A stretch of 64,000 bases of DNA. Origin: Bacteroidales bacterium (GTDB taxonomy: Bacteria > Bacteroidota > Bacteroidia > Bacteroidales > UBA7960). The notes under the pieces were generated by a model, which worked only from the letters and a program-made list of their open reading frames with translations, did not search any database and was not told where the DNA came from. The stretch's first letter is position 1; every line of letters starts with the position of its first letter. Shown here piece by piece: positions 61,082-64,000 of this stretch. Both the position numbers and the translations under genes were made by a program. The stretch covers positions 2,035 to 66,034 of the forward strand of contig PWJC01000161.1 of assembly GCA_003560165.1 (NCBI GenBank), given 5' to 3'.

Positions 61082-61696
61082 TCAGGGCAGGGCAATCATT
61101 CTGTCGCCCGGCCGGTATTCATCCTTGTTGTGGTTGGAAGCGATCACAAGGGTTTTTCCGCGGCCGTATTCAGCCATCAGTTCCGAATACCAATGCCGGG
61201 AACCTTCGTCAAGATTGGAGCATGGTTCGTCGAGCAGCAGCAGGGGGGTGTCGGACAAAATCGCCAGACTGAGTTTGGCCCGCTGTTTCATCCCCGACGA
61301 ATAGACCCTGAGTGGCTGGGACAGGTTGTCCCGAAGCCCGGACAAACGCAGAAGGTCAGGATCAGACATCCCGCCGCTAAAGGGTTTTAGCTGACGCTGG
61401 AAGCGGATCAGCTCGCCGAAAGTGTACTCTTCAATGAGCTCCATATAGGGGGCCGCGATGGCAATGTGCCGGTACAGGAGCCCGGGGGGGATGGCCTTTC
61501 CCCGGCTGCTCCAGCCGATGGTTCCGCATGTTGGCGATAGCTGTCCGGCGATGATCCGCATCAGGGTCGACTTGCCGCTGCCGTTTTTTCCGGTGACCAC
61601 ATGACGCATGCCTGCTTCGATAAGCAGATGGAGATCCTGAAGAACCCATTTTGTCCGGAACCTCTTACCGACCCCGCTGAGGCTTACCTGCATCAT
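61082..61696 (-). CDS. Small orphan ABC ATPase (CcmA-like in size)
   Basis: 204 aa, GKNGSGKST, YSSGMKQR, LLLDEPCSNLD; no permease in its operon. Confidence 0.85.
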   Translation of the reverse strand: MMQVSLSGVGKRFRTKWVLQDLHLLIEAGMRHVVTGKNGSGKSTLMRIIAGQLSPTCGTIGWSSRGKAIPPGLLYRHIAIAAPYMELIEEYTFGELIRFQRQLKPFSGGMSDPDLLRLSGLRDNLSQPLRVYSSGMKQRAKLSLAILSDTPLLLLDEPCSNLDEGSRHWYSELMAEYGRGKTLVIASNHNKDEYRPGDRMIALP

Positions 61697-61708
61697 GCCG
61701 GGCTGCCA

Positions 61709-62491
61709 TTACTTGTAAACATAGCCTTTCATGATGCCCCTGGCCGACTTGGAAATAAAGCTCAGGATCTCGTCCCTTTCGGAGGTGGCAGGCACTTCGG
61801 TCTCTATGTAGTCGATGGCCTGGCTCACGTTCAGGTTTTTCAGGTAGACGATGCGGTAAATGTCCTGGATCTCCTTGATCTTTTCGCCAGAGAAGCCCCG
61901 CCTGCGAAGTCCGATGGAGTTGATGCCCACAAAGGACAAGGGATCGCGTGCTGCCTTGGTAAAGGGGGGGACATCTTTCCTTACCAGCGACCCTCCGGAT
62001 ATCATTACGTGTGCGCCGATGTTGACAAACTGATGCACGGCCGAGAGTCCGCCAAGGATGGCATAATCATCGATCGTGATATGCCCGGCCAGGTTGGCGG
62101 CATTGGCCAGGATGCAGTGATTGCCGATAACGCAGTCGTGGGCAATGTGTACATAGGCCATTAGCAGGCAGTTGTTGCCAATGATGGTCTTGTTGCTGGC
62201 ACTGGTGCCCCGGTTGACGGTGACAAATTCGCGGATGGTGGTGTTGTCGCCGATCTCCACCGTGGTTTCCTCTCCGGCGAACTTCAGGTCCTGGGGGATG
62301 GCACTGATCACAGCACCGGGAAAGATCCGGCAGTTTTTGCCGATGCGGGCACCTTCCATAATGGTCACATTCGAACCTATCCAGGTGCCTTCGCCCACCT
62401 GGACATTCTTATGGATGGTCGCAAAGGGCTCTATTACTACATTGGCCGCGATCCTGGCCTGAGGGTGGACATATGCTAATGGTTGATTCAT
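61709..62491 (-). CDS. lpxA: Acyl-ACP--UDP-GlcNAc O-acyltransferase
   Basis: Hexapeptide repeats, PQDLKF, IREFVTVNRGT, HIAHDC, AVHQF, KDVPPF. Confidence 0.97.
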   Translation of the reverse strand: MNQPLAYVHPQARIAANVVIEPFATIHKNVQVGEGTWIGSNVTIMEGARIGKNCRIFPGAVISAIPQDLKFAGEETTVEIGDNTTIREFVTVNRGTSASNKTIIGNNCLLMAYVHIAHDCVIGNHCILANAANLAGHITIDDYAILGGLSAVHQFVNIGAHVMISGGSLVRKDVPPFTKAARDPLSFVGINSIGLRRRGFSGEKIKEIQDIYRIVYLKNLNVSQAIDYIETEVPATSERDEILSFISKSARGIMKGYVYK

Positions 62492-62500
62492 GAGTGCGGA

Positions 62501-63892
62501 TTATTTTTTACTGATCTGGGCCATCATTTCGGCTTCCATAACAACCTTGCTCCCTACATAGGCAATGCCGCGCATATGGCATATGCCCCTTCTGACCGGA
62601 GATATCAGGTTCATTTTGAACACCAGGGTGTCTCCCGGGACCACCTTCTGCTTGAAGCGCACATTGTCTATCTTTAAAAAGTAGGTATTGTAATTGCCGG
62701 GATCTTCAACGGTCGACAATACCAGGATACCGCCGGCCTGTGCCATCGCCTCAATCTGAAGCACCCCCGGCATGATGGGTTCATCAGGGAAATGACCCGC
62801 AAAGAAAGGTTCGTTCATGGTCACGTTCTTGACGGCCACCACCGACGAATCGGTGACATCAATGATCTTGTCGACCAGCAGAAAGGGGGAGCGGTGGGGC
62901 AGCATCCGCTTAATGGAGTTGATGTCGTAGGCAGGCTCCTTATTGGGGTTGTAGACCGGGATCTGCTGCTGTTCGGTGTTGTTCTTGATGTGTTTTTTTA
63001 ATTGCTTGGCAAACAACACGTTGGAAGCATGGCCGGGTTTGGTGGCAATGATATGGCCCTTGATCGGTTTGCCTGCCAGGGTGAGGTCGCCGACGATGTC
63101 GAGCAACTTATGCCTTGCTGGTTCGTTGAAAAAAGCGAGTTCCAGGTTGTTCAGTATCCCTTCCTGCCTGACCTCCACCCTGGGTTGGTTGAACACATGG
63201 GCCAGGCGATTGAGCTCTTGCTGAGTTACCGGGCGGTCTACAAAAACGATGGCGTTACTCAGATCGCCGCCCTTGATCAGGTTTTGTGACAACAGATATT
63301 CCAGTTCGTGCAAAAAAACAAAGGTGCGGCAGGCGGAGATCTCCTTCCTGAACTCCCTGATGTGATTCATGCTGGCATGCTGGTGACCCAATACCTTCGA
63401 TTGATAATCGATCAGGCAGGTGATCCGGTAATGATCGGCAGGCAAGGCAATGATCTCGCAGTCTTTCTCTTTGTGGTAAAAACGGATGGGGTCCCTCACT
63501 TCAAAATAATCTTTGAAAGCATCTTGCTCAACGGTACCTGTTTCGGCAATGGCTTCGGTATAATGCCTGCTGCTGCCGTCAAGGATGGGGGTCTCGGGGC
63601 AATCCACCTCAATGATGGCATTGTCGACGCCCATGCCGGTAAGTGCCGCCAGTACATGCTCGACCGTGGCGATGCGGATGCCGTCTTTTTCCAGTGTGGT
63701 GCCCCTGGAGGTTTCCGTTACCAGGAAGGCATCGGCTTCCACAAAAGCATTCTCTCCAATGTCGCTGCGCAGGAAACGGATGCCTGTATCCATGGCGGAG
63801 GGCTTGATGCTCAGGTGGACATTTTTCCCGGTATGCAGGCCGACCCCCTCAACGGTTGCCGCTGCCCTGATGGTCTTTTGTTTTTCGTTCAT
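62501..63892 (-). CDS. lpxC: Bifunctional LpxC-FabZ fusion
   Basis: GVGLHTG, TVEHVLAAL, ACRTF, ARHKLLDIVGDL (LpxC); LPHRSPFLLVD, FFAGHFP, MPGVLQIEAMAQ (FabZ). Confidence 0.97.
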   Translation of the reverse strand: MNEKQKTIRAAATVEGVGLHTGKNVHLSIKPSAMDTGIRFLRSDIGENAFVEADAFLVTETSRGTTLEKDGIRIATVEHVLAALTGMGVDNAIIEVDCPETPILDGSSRHYTEAIAETGTVEQDAFKDYFEVRDPIRFYHKEKDCEIIALPADHYRITCLIDYQSKVLGHQHASMNHIREFRKEISACRTFVFLHELEYLLSQNLIKGGDLSNAIVFVDRPVTQQELNRLAHVFNQPRVEVRQEGILNNLELAFFNEPARHKLLDIVGDLTLAGKPIKGHIIATKPGHASNVLFAKQLKKHIKNNTEQQQIPVYNPNKEPAYDINSIKRMLPHRSPFLLVDKIIDVTDSSVVAVKNVTMNEPFFAGHFPDEPIMPGVLQIEAMAQAGGILVLSTVEDPGNYNTYFLKIDNVRFKQKVVPGDTLVFKMNLISPVRRGICHMRGIAYVGSKVVMEAEMMAQISKK

Positions 63893-63938
63893 GAGTCGAT
63901 TGCTTGCGGCCGCCGGCTTGCCGCAGTAAGCCGGCCGT

Positions 63939-64000
63939 TCACTCTCCCTTCAATGATTTGACTTCCTTTTCCAGCTCATTGATGCGGACGACCAGTTTTT
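63939..64000 (-). CDS. lpxD: 3' end of the upstream gene, probably lpxD (partial)
   Basis: Hand-translated ...KLVVRINELEKEVKSLKGE*, a coiled-coil C-terminus like that of LpxD; lpxD-lpxC/fabZ-lpxA is the usual Bacteroidota order. Confidence 0.6.
   Translation of the reverse strand, partial: KLVVRINELEKEVKSLKGE

Noticed and set aside
62501-63892. LpxC-FabZ fusion as a novelty
   Set aside because: The fusion is well known in Bacteroidota and Chlorobi

Overview
This is a housekeeping-rich chromosomal window from a Bacteroidota bacterium, probably an anaerobic Bacteroidales-like organism. That assignment is inferred from TAnnTTTG -7 promoters before many transcription units, fusA without an adjacent tuf, a fused lpxC-fabZ, MurA with Asp at the Cys115 position, and DUF4290/DUF4294-type genes. 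In order, the window holds: nifJ (PFOR); an uncharacterised outer-membrane protein; an erythromycin-esterase-family protein; a REC-AAA+ enhancer-binding protein with no HTH domain; natAB-like ABC-2 genes; dnaJ, grpE, murA and uvrD/pcrA; an S9 peptidase; the complete str-S10-spc-alpha ribosomal cluster (rpsL to rplQ); eno; a Na/Pi symporter; nrfHA; a TPR histidine kinase; tRNA-Leu, tig, clpP and clpX; polysaccharide genes; tRNA-His; ccmBCDE; efp; and lipid A genes. I found no mobile element, CRISPR array or defence island, and I cannot demonstrate a new system from sequence alone. The best leads are: (1) a correctly spaced sigma54 -24/-12 promoter plus a CTGACA motif ahead of grpE-dnaJ, a looser copy of the same arrangement upstream of nrfHA, and an HTH-less GSFTSA activator downstream of grpE-dnaJ; (2) a nitrite-ammonification module whose NrfA has AAQH instead of the diagnostic KxQH/KxRH and no adjacent heme lyase, with a dispersed Cys-CcmE (System I*) maturation system; (3) an internal promoter and leader splitting the S10 operon between rplP and rpmC; (4) an L17 protein with a ~140-aa tail containing tandem acidic repeats; (5) a C11 homopolymer tract inside uvrD.
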